DNA of 28,498 nucleotides. Origin: Actinomycetota bacterium (lineage in GTDB: Bacteria > Actinomycetota > Thermoleophilia > Solirubrobacterales > Solirubrobacteraceae). A program made the position numbers and the translations under genes. This document shows positions 1 to 8,399 of the stretch, in pieces (within the stretch, counting starts at the first letter, position 1; every line of letters begins with the position of its first letter). The stretch is taken from contig WLNX01000001.1 of the NCBI GenBank assembly GCA_009699565.1, forward strand, positions 1-28,498. Direction: 5' to 3'. Under the pieces are notes generated by a model. That model made no database searches. It was not told where the DNA came from and saw nothing but the letters and a program-made list of their open reading frames with translations.

Positions 1-223
1 CCATAGCCCGGAAACCGGCAAAGGCCTCATCGGCCGCGGCGAGGGCGGCGTCAGCGTCCTCAGGAGTCGCGTCGGCGACTTCGACCAGCGTCTCGCCGGT
101 CGCAGGATCCTCGACCGCCATTGTGCGGCCACCGGTCGCGTCGCGCCACTGACCGCCGATGAAAAGGCGCCGCTCGACGGAATCGAGGGCTGAGCGTTCG
201 TCTGCCGCGCTAATCGTTGTCAT
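1..223 (-). CDS. gabD: NAD(P)-dependent aldehyde dehydrogenase, succinate-semialdehyde dehydrogenase-like (5' part only, runs off the window)
   Basis: Not in the ORF track. Manual translation from ATG at 223 gives MTTISAADERSALDSVERRLFIGGQWRDATGGRTMAVEDPATGETLVEVADATPEDADAALAAADEAFAGFRAM. LFIGGQW and V.DPATGE..V.VAD are the typical ALDH N-terminus. The GabD assignment is family-level only. Confidence 0.75.
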   Translation of the reverse strand, partial: MTTISAADERSALDSVERRLFIGGQWRDATGGRTMAVEDPATGETLVEVADATPEDADAALAAADEAFAGFRAM

Positions 224-229
224 TGGCCG

Positions 230-235
230 AGATTA
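230..235 (-). promoter_or_regulatory. Putative -10 box (TAATCT) of a leaderless gabD transcript
   Basis: The minus strand reads TAATCT-cggcca-ATG: a TAnnnT hexamer 6 nt before the start codon, with no SD. Confidence 0.55.
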
Positions 236-273
236 GCGAGCCGCGAGCGGCGCCGGGAGTTTCGTCGTTCGGC

Positions 274-726
274 CTAGGTGAACATCCGGGCAAGCGACTC
301 GGCAACGCATACCGGCTTCTCGCCGCCTTCGGTCTCGAAGGTCTGCGTGACCATCATCTGCACTCCGCCGGGTACATCCTCGACCGAGCTGAGCGTTGCG
401 CGCATGCGGACCTTTGCGCCAACCATCAGAGGAGCCGGGAAGCGGACCTTCTGGTAGCCGTAGTTGACGGCGAATACGAAGCCCTCAACAGCCATCACCT
501 CGTAGGTGAATTTCGGTCCGAGTGAAAGCGTGAAGAGGCCGTGGGCGATCGTTCCGCCGAAGGGGGTCTCCTTCGCTTTTTCCGGATCGACGTGAATCCA
601 CTGGTGATCGCCGGTCACTTCAGCGAACTGGTTGATCGTCTCCTGCGTCACCTGGTACCACTCGCTAACTCCGAGCTCTTCGCCGACTGCGGCCTTGAGT
701 TCGTCCACACCATTAAGTGTCGCCAT
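274..726 (-). CDS. MaoC-family (hotdog fold) dehydratase
   Basis: 150 aa with FAEVTGDHQWIHVDPE and GTIAHGL motifs and NYGYQKVRFPAP. SD GAGGAG lies upstream of the ATG. Confidence 0.9.
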   Translation of the reverse strand: MATLNGVDELKAAVGEELGVSEWYQVTQETINQFAEVTGDHQWIHVDPEKAKETPFGGTIAHGLFTLSLGPKFTYEVMAVEGFVFAVNYGYQKVRFPAPLMVGAKVRMRATLSSVEDVPGGVQMMVTQTFETEGGEKPVCVAESLARMFT

Positions 727-768
727 TTGTGCTCCTCTTCAGTCCGAATTAATAAGTTGAGCCAAAGC

Positions 769-2175
769 CTACGCGCGCGCGGCAAAAAACTGCGCGTCGC
801 CCTCGCCAAGCTCCGTCGACGGCGGCTCGTCAGCGAAATACTCAAGCGCGAGACGACCCCAGTCGCCGCCCGCGCGCAGTTCGCCGAGAACGCTGAACAG
901 CAGCCCTTCCATCCGTCGCATCAGCAGCGCCTCCGGCGGCAGGGTCTGCTTGCGCATGTAGTCGTAGTGAGGCGAGCGCGGCGAGCTGCCAATCTCGATC
1001 GCACCGCGAACATATTCGGGGCTGAGCCTTCGATAGCCGGTGGTGAAGTACCACTCGCCCGCCGTCTGAAGCTGCTCAAGGACTCGCTCGGGGTGAAACT
1101 CGTCCGGTTCGGGGAGATAGCCGAGCTCCGCCAGCCAGTAGTGGGTCTGCTCGGCGTCCCCCTCAATCACCGAGCGGGCCAAAGCGCGTTCGCCTTCAAG
1201 GTAATCCTCCGGCACGCGCCGAAGCAGCCCAAAGTCGAGGAAGCAGACGCGGCCGTCGTCGCAGAAGATGTAGTTGCCGGGATGCGGGTCGCCAAGCGCC
1301 AGGCGCTCGCGCTGAAGCAGGCCAAAGAAGAAACGAAAGGCGATCTCGCCGGCGCGGTCGCGCTCTTCCTCACTGCGTTCCTTCATCGCCGCGAAGCTCT
1401 GACCCGGCACGTATTCGCTGACGAGAACGCGGCGCGTTGAGAGCGACCCATAGATGGCTGGAACAAGGATGAACGGGTGGCCGCGGTAGGCGCGCGCGAT
1501 CTGGCGCTGGTTGGCGGCTTCCAGCTCATAGTCAAGTTCCTCGGCGATCCGCTCGCGCAGCTCGGAAAGAAGCGCTTTCGCGTCAACCCCGGGAGCCAGA
1601 CGCTTCAGCAGCGGGACGAGCATCTGGACGTTGCGCATGTCGGTCTCGACGGCCTCGGCTACCCCCGGGTACTGAACCTTGACCGCCACCTCCTCGCCGT
1701 CGTGGGTCGTCGCGCGATAGACCTGACCGATCGAAGCGGCGGCGATCGGCTCCTCGTTGAAGGTCGCAAAGACGTCCTCGAGCCGTTCGCCGAAGTCTCC
1801 TTCGATCACCTTCTTCATCTCCTTGAAGGAAACCTGCGGCGCGTTGTCACGCAGCTCAGCGAGGCGCTCCTTGAAACCCTCGCGGTCTCCTTCGGGAATG
1901 ATTTCGAAGTCGACCGTTGAGAGCACCTGGCCGATCTTCATCGCGGCGCCCTTCATCTGCCCGAGCTGCTTGACGAGCTGGTCTGCCAGCTCATAGGCGC
2001 GAGCCTGCGTTGCTTCCTCGGCGCGCTCGTCGGACCTCAATCGATTGATCGCGCTGGTGGCTGCCCACCTTGCGCTCTGGCCACCGACCAACGAACCAAA
2101 CTTGGCCGTGCGCGCAAGGCGCGAGCTGGGGACCTTGGCGGTCTCGTTGGTCTCTTTCTTCTCTTCTTCTGACAT
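769..2175 (-). CDS. ABC1/UbiB-family atypical protein kinase
   Basis: Motifs KGAAMKIGQ, PIAAASIGQVYRA, VAVKVQYPG, DYELEA, GDPHPGN and LDFG. Start moved from the ORF-track 2301 to ATG 2175 (MSEEEKK), which has GAGGTG upstream. Confidence 0.9.
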   Translation of the reverse strand: MSEEEKKETNETAKVPSSRLARTAKFGSLVGGQSARWAATSAINRLRSDERAEEATQARAYELADQLVKQLGQMKGAAMKIGQVLSTVDFEIIPEGDREGFKERLAELRDNAPQVSFKEMKKVIEGDFGERLEDVFATFNEEPIAAASIGQVYRATTHDGEEVAVKVQYPGVAEAVETDMRNVQMLVPLLKRLAPGVDAKALLSELRERIAEELDYELEAANQRQIARAYRGHPFILVPAIYGSLSTRRVLVSEYVPGQSFAAMKERSEEERDRAGEIAFRFFFGLLQRERLALGDPHPGNYIFCDDGRVCFLDFGLLRRVPEDYLEGERALARSVIEGDAEQTHYWLAELGYLPEPDEFHPERVLEQLQTAGEWYFTTGYRRLSPEYVRGAIEIGSSPRSPHYDYMRKQTLPPEALLMRRMEGLLFSVLGELRAGGDWGRLALEYFADEPPSTELGEGDAQFFAARA

Positions 2176-2221
2176 CAGCACCTCGCCGGAAGTACGGACT
2201 GCCGACGCGCCCGTATCACGG

Positions 2222-2227
2222 TAGCCT
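2222..2227 (+). promoter_or_regulatory. Putative -10 box (TAGCCT) of a leaderless exonuclease transcript
   Basis: TAGCCT lies 7 nt before GTG 2235, with no SD. Confidence 0.5.
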
Positions 2228-2234
2228 GCCGCCA

Positions 2235-3092
2235 GTGCCCCGTCCCCTCCTGGTCGCAGACACTCCTTCGCTGCTCTACCGCGCATTCTTCGCGCTGCCA
2301 AAGTCGATCAAAGGATCGGACGGCAAGCCGGTCAACGCGCTGCTTGGCACCGCGAACATGCTGCTGCAAGCGGTCTCCGACTACTCGCCGCGCGCAGTCG
2401 TCTGCTGTTTCGGCGCCGAGGCCGCCACCTACCGCACCGCAGCCTTCCCCGCCTATCACGCCGACCGTCCTCCAATGCCGCCGGAGCTTGCGCACCAGTG
2501 GGAGCTTGCGCCGCGGTTCCTCGCGGCCTGCGGCTGGAGCTGCTTGGACGCCGGCGCGCTTGAGGCCGACGACCTGCTCGGATCGCTGGCGGAGCTGGAG
2601 AGCGCAGCCGGCGGCACGACGATGATCTTCAGCGGCGACCGCGACATGTTCCAGTGCGCGTCGAGACAGGTGACCGTCCTCTACCCGGCCCGCGGCGGAC
2701 CCCAGCTGATCGGCCCGGCCGAAGTCCGCGAGCGCACCGGCGTCGGGCCGCAGCAGATTGCCGACCTGATCGCGCTTCGCGGCGACCCATCAGACGGCAT
2801 CCCCGGCGCCAAGGGGATCGGGGAGAAGGGCGCCGCACAGTTGCTCGAGCAGCACGGCTCGCTCGAAGAGGTGCTGAGGGCCGCTGAGGATCCCGCAAGC
2901 TCGATCGCTCCGCGGATGCGCGCGGCGCTGACCGACAACCCCGATCTGCTGCGCTCCTTCAAAGAGATCGCCACGCTTCAGCCGATCAAACTCAGGCGCC
3001 CGAAAGACGCCGGACTTGACCGATCCAACGGCAGCGCCGCGGCCCGGGAGCTGGGGATGAACCGCCTGGCCGAGCGGCTTGGCAAAGCCTGA
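2235..3092 (+). CDS. Stand-alone 5'-3' exonuclease / flap endonuclease (PolI N-terminal domain homolog)
   Basis: Motifs DTPSLLYRAFFA, LEADD, SGDRD and ALRGDPSDGIPGAKGIGEKGA (H3TH). No polymerase domain. Start placed at GTG 2235 (VPRPLLVAD). Confidence 0.9.
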   Translation: MPRPLLVADTPSLLYRAFFALPKSIKGSDGKPVNALLGTANMLLQAVSDYSPRAVVCCFGAEAATYRTAAFPAYHADRPPMPPELAHQWELAPRFLAACGWSCLDAGALEADDLLGSLAELESAAGGTTMIFSGDRDMFQCASRQVTVLYPARGGPQLIGPAEVRERTGVGPQQIADLIALRGDPSDGIPGAKGIGEKGAAQLLEQHGSLEEVLRAAEDPASSIAPRMRAALTDNPDLLRSFKEIATLQPIKLRRPKDAGLDRSNGSAAARELGMNRLAERLGKA

Positions 3093-3095
3093 CGG

Positions 3096-4175
3096 TCAGG
3101 GAGTGAAGTTGACGGTGATCACGTCGCCGTCGGCCATCAGGTAGTCGCGCCCCTCGGTCCGCAGCGTGCCCTTGTCGCGCGCGGCCGCGTAGCCACCCGC
3201 TTCGACCAGCGCCTCCCAGCCAATGATCTCCGCGCGAACGAAGCCCTTCTGAATGTCGGTGTGGATCGCGCCTGCGCCGTCCCACGCCGTTGACCCGCGG
3301 CGCAGGTGCCAGGACTGCGCAGGTTTCGCCTCGCCGGCCGTGAAGAAGGCGATCAGCTCAAGCAGATCGAAGGCGCCGCGGACAACCAGCTCAAGGCCGG
3401 AAGCATCCAGTTCGAGGTCCGTTCGCATCGCGGCGGCGTCTTCGTCGCTCAGCTCGGAAAGCTCGGCCTCAAGCCGCGAGGAGATCGCAACTGCGCCGGC
3501 TCCCTCCTTTTCCGCATGCGCGGCGATCGCTTCGGGAACGGCAGCGTCGCCCTCGTCAACATTTGCGATGAACAGAACCGGCTTGCCGGTCAGCGGCTGC
3601 AACAGCCGCATCGCATCGGGCGCGTCGTCGGGAACCGGGACGGTCCGTGCCGGGCGGCCGGCGCTAAGCGCCTCGATCACGGCGGCAAGCCACTGCTCTT
3701 CGGCGATCGCGTGGGCGTCTCCGCCGCGCGCTTCGCGTGACACGCGCTGGTGGCGGCGCTCGGCCTGCTCGAGGTCGGCGAAGATCAGCTCGGTCTCGAT
3801 GATCTCGATGTCGCGAAGCGGGTCAACGCTCCCCTCGGAGTGGATCACGTTGGAGTCGCCATGGGAGCGCACGACATGAAGAAGAGCGTCGGTCTCGCGG
3901 ATGTTGGCGAGGAACTGGTTGCCCAGCCCTTCGCCCTTGTGCGCGCCCGCCACCAGCCCGGCGATGTCGTGGAAGGCGATCGTGTCCCAGACGATCTCCG
4001 ATGCGCCAACGGTCTGCGCCACCTGCACCATTCGAGGGTCCTCGACCGGCACGACGGCGATGTTCGGCTCAATCGTCGTGAACGGATAGTTGGCTGCCTG
4101 CGCCCCGGCCTGCGTCAGCGCGTTGAAGAGCGAAGACTTGCCGGCATTCGGCATGCCGATGATTCCAACCTTCAT
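3096..4175 (-). CDS. ychF: Redox-regulated ATPase YchF (Obg family)
   Basis: GMPNAGKSSLFNALT, ANYPFTTIEPN, DIAGLVAGAHKGEGLGNQFLANIRE, G4 NVDE and a C-terminal TGS region (AGAIHTDIQKGFVRAE...EGRDY.MADGD). Confidence 0.97.
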   Translation of the reverse strand: MKVGIIGMPNAGKSSLFNALTQAGAQAANYPFTTIEPNIAVVPVEDPRMVQVAQTVGASEIVWDTIAFHDIAGLVAGAHKGEGLGNQFLANIRETDALLHVVRSHGDSNVIHSEGSVDPLRDIEIIETELIFADLEQAERRHQRVSREARGGDAHAIAEEQWLAAVIEALSAGRPARTVPVPDDAPDAMRLLQPLTGKPVLFIANVDEGDAAVPEAIAAHAEKEGAGAVAISSRLEAELSELSDEDAAAMRTDLELDASGLELVVRGAFDLLELIAFFTAGEAKPAQSWHLRRGSTAWDGAGAIHTDIQKGFVRAEIIGWEALVEAGGYAAARDKGTLRTEGRDYLMADGDVITVNFTP

Positions 4176-4211
4176 TGCGGGCGAGCCGAACCGTCGAGAC
4201 GGCCGTCGGGG

Positions 4212-4442
4212 CTAACCGAGGCCAAAGCCGACGCGGTGTTCTTCGCTCTCGCTGCGGACGTAAACGACCTGCGAGCAGTTGACGCGGACCGGGCCGTCCT
4301 CGTCGTCGAGGTCGATCCAGTCGCCCTTCTCGAGCGAGTCGAAGAGCCGCGTGCGGTCGGCGGTGCTGAGCTTCAGCGGCAGACCTCCACCGCCTTTAAG
4401 ACCCAGTACCACCCGTTCGCGTTCTTCCGTTTCCTTGGCCAT
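4212..4442 (-). CDS. Small protein (76 aa), possibly DUF3107-like
   Basis: Its ATG overlaps the mce stop (TGATG). Segments LDDEDG, VVYV and the terminal RVGFGLG recall the actinobacterial DUF3107 family; this is recognition from memory and unverified. Confidence 0.7.
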   Translation of the reverse strand: MAKETEERERVVLGLKGGGGLPLKLSTADRTRLFDSLEKGDWIDLDDEDGPVRVNCSQVVYVRSESEEHRVGFGLG

Positions 4443-4852
4443 CAGTGATCCTCCGCCGGCTGGACGAGCTCGGTCAGCACGCCGCCTGTGTATTTGGGAT
4501 GGGCAAAAGCAACTCGTGACCCGCGGATGCCGATCCGCGGCTGCTGGTCGATCAGCTCGATTCCTGCGGCGCGAAGGCGCTCAAGCTCGCTCTCGATGTC
4601 GCTGACCTGGTAGGCGATGTGGTGCATCCCCGGGCCGTTGCGGGCGAGGAAGCGGCCGACAGGGCTCTCTGCGTCAAGCGGCTGGAGCAGCTCGATGTGG
4701 TTCTCGCCGAGGTCAAGCAGAACCGCCTCGACTCCCTGCTCCTCGACCGTCTCGCGGTGTACGAGCTTCATCTCGAAGGAGGCTTCGTAGAGCGCAAGCG
4801 CGGGGTCGATCGCTTCGACGGCGATGCCCACATGGTCGATCCGGTCAAACAT
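4442..4852 (-). CDS. mce: Methylmalonyl-CoA epimerase (VOC family)
   Basis: RIDHVGIAV, IELLQP, FLARNGPGMHHIAYQV and FAHPK..GGVLTELV. Start at ATG 4852 (MFDRIDH), with GGGGAGA upstream. Confidence 0.92.
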   Translation of the reverse strand: MFDRIDHVGIAVEAIDPALALYEASFEMKLVHRETVEEQGVEAVLLDLGENHIELLQPLDAESPVGRFLARNGPGMHHIAYQVSDIESELERLRAAGIELIDQQPRIGIRGSRVAFAHPKYTGGVLTELVQPAEDH

Positions 4853-4865
4853 TCTCCCCCGCAGT

Positions 4866-6179
4866 CTACGAAGCCGAGCCGAGCAGTTCCTGTGCGATCT
4901 CGCTGAAGCAGTTTGCAGCGTCGGCAAGGTCGCGCAGATCGATCCGCTCGTTCGGTGCATGCATCAGCGGCCACATCTCTGCAAGCGAGGTGTGACGCAT
5001 CGGGAAGAAGCCGTAGGCGACGGAGTCCGGGAAGGTCGCGCGCAGCGTCCGCGAATCGGTGAAGGCGGGCAGAACGACGGGGACGGTGCGCGCGCCGGGA
5101 TCGTTGCGCTCGACCCACCCCCTGATCGAATCCATCAGTGGGCTTTCGATCGCCGAGCCGTTGCCGATCGTCTGCTCGGTGAACTCAAGCCTGTAACCCT
5201 CGGTGCCGATCGCGTCCCCAAGGCGGCGGCGGACCAGCTCCTCGCCGAGCCCCGGCGGAGTGCGGCAGTCGACGCGGAGCTCCGCCCGCGACGGCAGCAC
5301 GTTGATCTTCTGCGAGGCTGAGATGACCGTTGGAGCGAAGGTGACGCCGAGCATCGGCTCGACAAAGCCGGCCAGCAGCGGCGCCGCTTCCCGCAGCCGC
5401 CCAAGCGCGCCGGCGCCATCGTCTCCCTCGACCGGAGCACCCAACTCGGCCATCAGCGCTCGTGCACCGTCGGTCAGGTCGTAGACCGGATCCCACTCGC
5501 CGAGCGCAGTTACCAGCGGCGCCAGTTTGAGGAGGGCGTTGTCGCCAAAGCGCGGGTTGCTGGCGTGGCCAGCTACGCCGTCGGTGGTGATCTTGAACCG
5601 GCAGACCCCCTTCTCGGCAACGCAGACCCCGTAGAGCCGCTCGTCGCCAAGCTCAAAGAAGGCGCCGGCTCCCTCGTTAATCGAGTAGTCGCAGCGAACA
5701 AGCTCCTCGTGGTTCTCGCACAGCCAGGCAATACCGTCATCGCCGCCGGTCTCCTCATCGACTACGCAAAGAATCAGAAGATCGCCCTGGGCGGGTCGCC
5801 AGCCGCTCTTTGCCAGCTCGATGCCGGCGGCAACTTCGGCGGCAGTCTGAGACTTCATGTCGATCGCACCGCGGCCCCAAAGCTCGCCGTCGATCACCTC
5901 GCCGCTCCAGGGATCGTGATCCCACTCCTCCGCGTTGGCGAGGACGGTGTCGCAGTGCGAGGTCAGGCAGAGGGTTGGCCCGTCGGCGGCGCCGCGGAGC
6001 CGCGCGACGAGGTTGGGGCGCTCTTCGGTGCGGCCGACGAGCGTCACTTCAAAACCGGCTTCCTGCAGATCGGCCGCCAGCTCTTCCTGAAGCGCGCGTT
6101 CGTTGCCGGGCGGGTTGACCGTGTTGTGGGCTATCAGGCGGCTAAGCAGACGGGTCGCGTGATCGGCCAGTTGGTCCAT
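4866..6179 (-). CDS. M20/M25/M40-family metallopeptidase (aminoacylase/PM20D1-like)
   Basis: Metal ligands SHCDTV, GRGAIDMK, DEE, NEG and MHAPNERI. Dimerisation domain with GVAGHAS and KINVLP. Confidence 0.9.
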   Translation of the reverse strand: MDQLADHATRLLSRLIAHNTVNPPGNERALQEELAADLQEAGFEVTLVGRTEERPNLVARLRGAADGPTLCLTSHCDTVLANAEEWDHDPWSGEVIDGELWGRGAIDMKSQTAAEVAAGIELAKSGWRPAQGDLLILCVVDEETGGDDGIAWLCENHEELVRCDYSINEGAGAFFELGDERLYGVCVAEKGVCRFKITTDGVAGHASNPRFGDNALLKLAPLVTALGEWDPVYDLTDGARALMAELGAPVEGDDGAGALGRLREAAPLLAGFVEPMLGVTFAPTVISASQKINVLPSRAELRVDCRTPPGLGEELVRRRLGDAIGTEGYRLEFTEQTIGNGSAIESPLMDSIRGWVERNDPGARTVPVVLPAFTDSRTLRATFPDSVAYGFFPMRHTSLAEMWPLMHAPNERIDLRDLADAANCFSEIAQELLGSAS

Positions 6180-6185
6180 TCACCG

Positions 6186-6191
6186 ATCCTA
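6186..6191 (-). promoter_or_regulatory. Putative -10 box (TAGGAT) of a leaderless M20 peptidase transcript
   Basis: The minus strand reads TAGGAT-cggtga-ATG(6179). Confidence 0.55.
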
Positions 6192-6230
6192 AACCAGCAG
6201 CGCCACTGGCTCTGCGAACATCGCCAACAG

Positions 6231-7397
6231 ATGGCGCATCAAGCATCACTGGGAACAGTCGCGCGCGAGTGGACCCGGTTGGGTTTCACAGGCTTTGGAG
6301 GACCCCAAGCCCACATTGCGATGCTGCGCGAGCTCTGCGTCGAACGTGAGCGGTGGATTGAGCCGGAGGAGTTTGAGCACGCCAACGCGGCCTGCAACCT
6401 GCTGCCGGGGCCGGCTTCAACGCAGCTTGCGATCTACTGCGCGCTGCGCACCGGCGGGCAGTGGGCGGCGCTGCTCGGCGGCCTTCTTTTCATCATTCCC
6501 GGGCTGGTGATGATCATTGCGCTGGCGGCAATCTCGCTCAGCAGCGCGCCGGCCGACTGGCTGCGCGGTATCGGTGCAGGCGCCGGCGCGGCGGTAATCG
6601 GCGTCGTGCTGCGCGTCGGCTGGGACCTAAGCCGCAGCAGCCTCGCGCCGCACGAGGGGCTGCGCCGCTGGCGCGCCGCGATCTACATCGCGATCGGCGC
6701 CGGCTCAGTTATCGCGGTCGGGCCGTTCGTCGTACTTGCGTTGATTGGCTGCGGTCTCGTCGAGCTGATCATCCGACGCGCCGAGGCACCGCCGCTCTCG
6801 TCGTTTGGCGCGCCTGCAGCAATCGCGCTGCTGCTCGCTGCGGGTGCCAGCCTCTCGACCCAAACACAGCTCGCCTGGACTGCGCTCAAAGTCGGCGCGC
6901 TCTCCTATGGCGGCGGCTTCGTGATCGTGCCAATCATGCAAGAGGACGCCGTCCGCGTTTACGGCTGGATGACCGATGGGCAGTTCCTCAACGCCGTTGC
7001 CCTCGGGCAGATCACACCCGGGCCAGTCGTTCAGACTGTCGCCGTCGTCGGCTACGCAGCAGCCGGGCTTGGCGGCGCGCTGCTGGCTTCTTTCGTCGCC
7101 TTCGCGCCCTCCTTCCTGTTCGTGATGGCCGGCGGCGGCCGCTTCCTCAGCCTGCGCAACAACACTGACGCACGCGCTTTCCTCGACGGAGCAGGGCCGG
7201 CCGCCGTCGGCGCAATCTTTGGCGCGCTGATCCCACTCGCTTCAGGCCTCAGTTTCACTTGGCAGTGGGTGATCGCGGCAGGCGCAACGGCGCTGCTCTT
7301 TGGCGCCAAGCTCGGCGTTGTACCAACGCTGCTGCTGGCTGCGGCGGCTGGCGCAATCGCAGCGCTGCTGGGCGCGCCGCTACCGGCGCTCGGCTAA
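6231..7397 (+). CDS. chrA: Chromate ion transporter (CHR family, long two-domain form)
   Basis: Two repeats: LGFTGFGGP...LLPGPAS and GALSYGGG...ITPGP, each followed by hydrophobic helices. Start at ATG 6231; the ORF-track N-terminus from 5565 is antisense shadow. Confidence 0.9.
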   Translation: MAHQASLGTVAREWTRLGFTGFGGPQAHIAMLRELCVERERWIEPEEFEHANAACNLLPGPASTQLAIYCALRTGGQWAALLGGLLFIIPGLVMIIALAAISLSSAPADWLRGIGAGAGAAVIGVVLRVGWDLSRSSLAPHEGLRRWRAAIYIAIGAGSVIAVGPFVVLALIGCGLVELIIRRAEAPPLSSFGAPAAIALLLAAGASLSTQTQLAWTALKVGALSYGGGFVIVPIMQEDAVRVYGWMTDGQFLNAVALGQITPGPVVQTVAVVGYAAAGLGGALLASFVAFAPSFLFVMAGGGRFLSLRNNTDARAFLDGAGPAAVGAIFGALIPLASGLSFTWQWVIAAGATALLFGAKLGVVPTLLLAAAAGAIAALLGAPLPALG

Positions 7398-8281
7398 GCG
7401 GCGGCTGTCGCGCGCGGCGGGCCAGGCAGCAGCTTGCCACCGGCAACAGGCGTGTTGCGGATGATCTGCGGCAACAGCGGCAGCAGAACCCGCTTTGTGT
7501 AGGCGGCGCCGCCAAGCCGCATCGTCTCGCGGAGGGGATCCCAAGAGAGGCCGTAGCCGCGCCGGATCTTCGCCGGCAAGGAGCCGATGATGATGAAGTT
7601 GACAGCCTCAACCAGGCCGCGCATGTAGACCGGCGCTGGAGGGTGAAGGACGATCGCGAGGCTCTCCTCGCGGGCTCTCTCGGTAACCCAGAGCTGATCG
7701 CCGTCAACCATCTCGGACATGTAGGCGTCGAAGCCTTCGATCGTTGCCGGCATCTCGTCTTCTTTGAGTCCAAACAGCTTCCCGACGACGCGATAGTCGC
7801 CCCAGAGGGCGTCACGCTCGTCGCGCGTCAGCTCATCGACATAGAGGCGATAAAGCTTGTCGGCCGAGTCGACCAGCGCAGCAAGCGTCCAGAGCAGGAA
7901 CTGCGGGTCGTCGGCGGCGTAAGGGGTACCGGCGGGGTACTTGCCTGCAGGCTCCTCAAGGACGCCGTTGATCCGCGTGTGTACCTCGCGCACCCGCTCG
8001 GTCATCCGGTCGGCGTCAACCCGGCGGCCGAAGTAGATCGTGTTCATGATCGTCGCCGTGCGTGCAAGCCGCGCATGTGCAGCGTCTCTGGCCTCGGTCT
8101 TAATGAAGAAACCCTCGAACATCACCGGGTGTGCGGCCTGCATCAGGAGCGCGCGGGCACCGGAGAAGGCCACGATCAGTTCGCGGTTGACCCGCCGGAT
8201 AAGCGCATCGTCTTCGAAGTACCCCTCACCAGGGGCGGCGGCGAGAAAGGGAATTGGTTTGGGCTGTGAGGCGGTCGCCAT
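7394..8281 (-). CDS. MpaB/DUF2236 (Lcp-related) oxygenase-family protein
   Basis: [26 protein letters not shown] (candidate heme His), [11 protein letters not shown] and [11 protein letters not shown] match the DUF2236/MpaB pattern. Confidence 0.82.
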   Translation of the reverse strand: MATASQPKPIPFLAAAPGEGYFEDDALIRRVNRELIVAFSGARALLMQAAHPVMFEGFFIKTEARDAAHARLARTATIMNTIYFGRRVDADRMTERVREVHTRINGVLEEPAGKYPAGTPYAADDPQFLLWTLAALVDSADKLYRLYVDELTRDERDALWGDYRVVGKLFGLKEDEMPATIEGFDAYMSEMVDGDQLWVTERAREESLAIVLHPPAPVYMRGLVEAVNFIIIGSLPAKIRRGYGLSWDPLRETMRLGGAAYTKRVLLPLLPQIIRNTPVAGGKLLPGPPRATAAA

Positions 8282-8399
8282 GCGTAAACAATGTACGAGT
8301 CTCTACGCTGGAGCGACCATGCCTGCTGCTGCCTATGCCGGAAAAGAGTGTGTCTGTCAGTTCAACCGCGGAATCTGTGATCAGACCTGCGTCAAGGAC

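Noticed and set aside
5565-6230. Apparent 222-aa N-terminal extension on ChrA
   Set aside because: It overlaps the M20 peptidase on the opposite strand. The CHR domain starts at ATG 6231.
6231-7397. chrA as part of a mobile resistance island
   Set aside because: No chrB, regulator, transposase, integrase or visible composition shift. It is embedded among housekeeping genes.
8282-8399. Moco or cobalamin riboswitch upstream of the cofactor cluster
   Set aside because: No B12-box and no Moco-motif GNRA-capped multi-stem layout. The region is short and looks partly coding.
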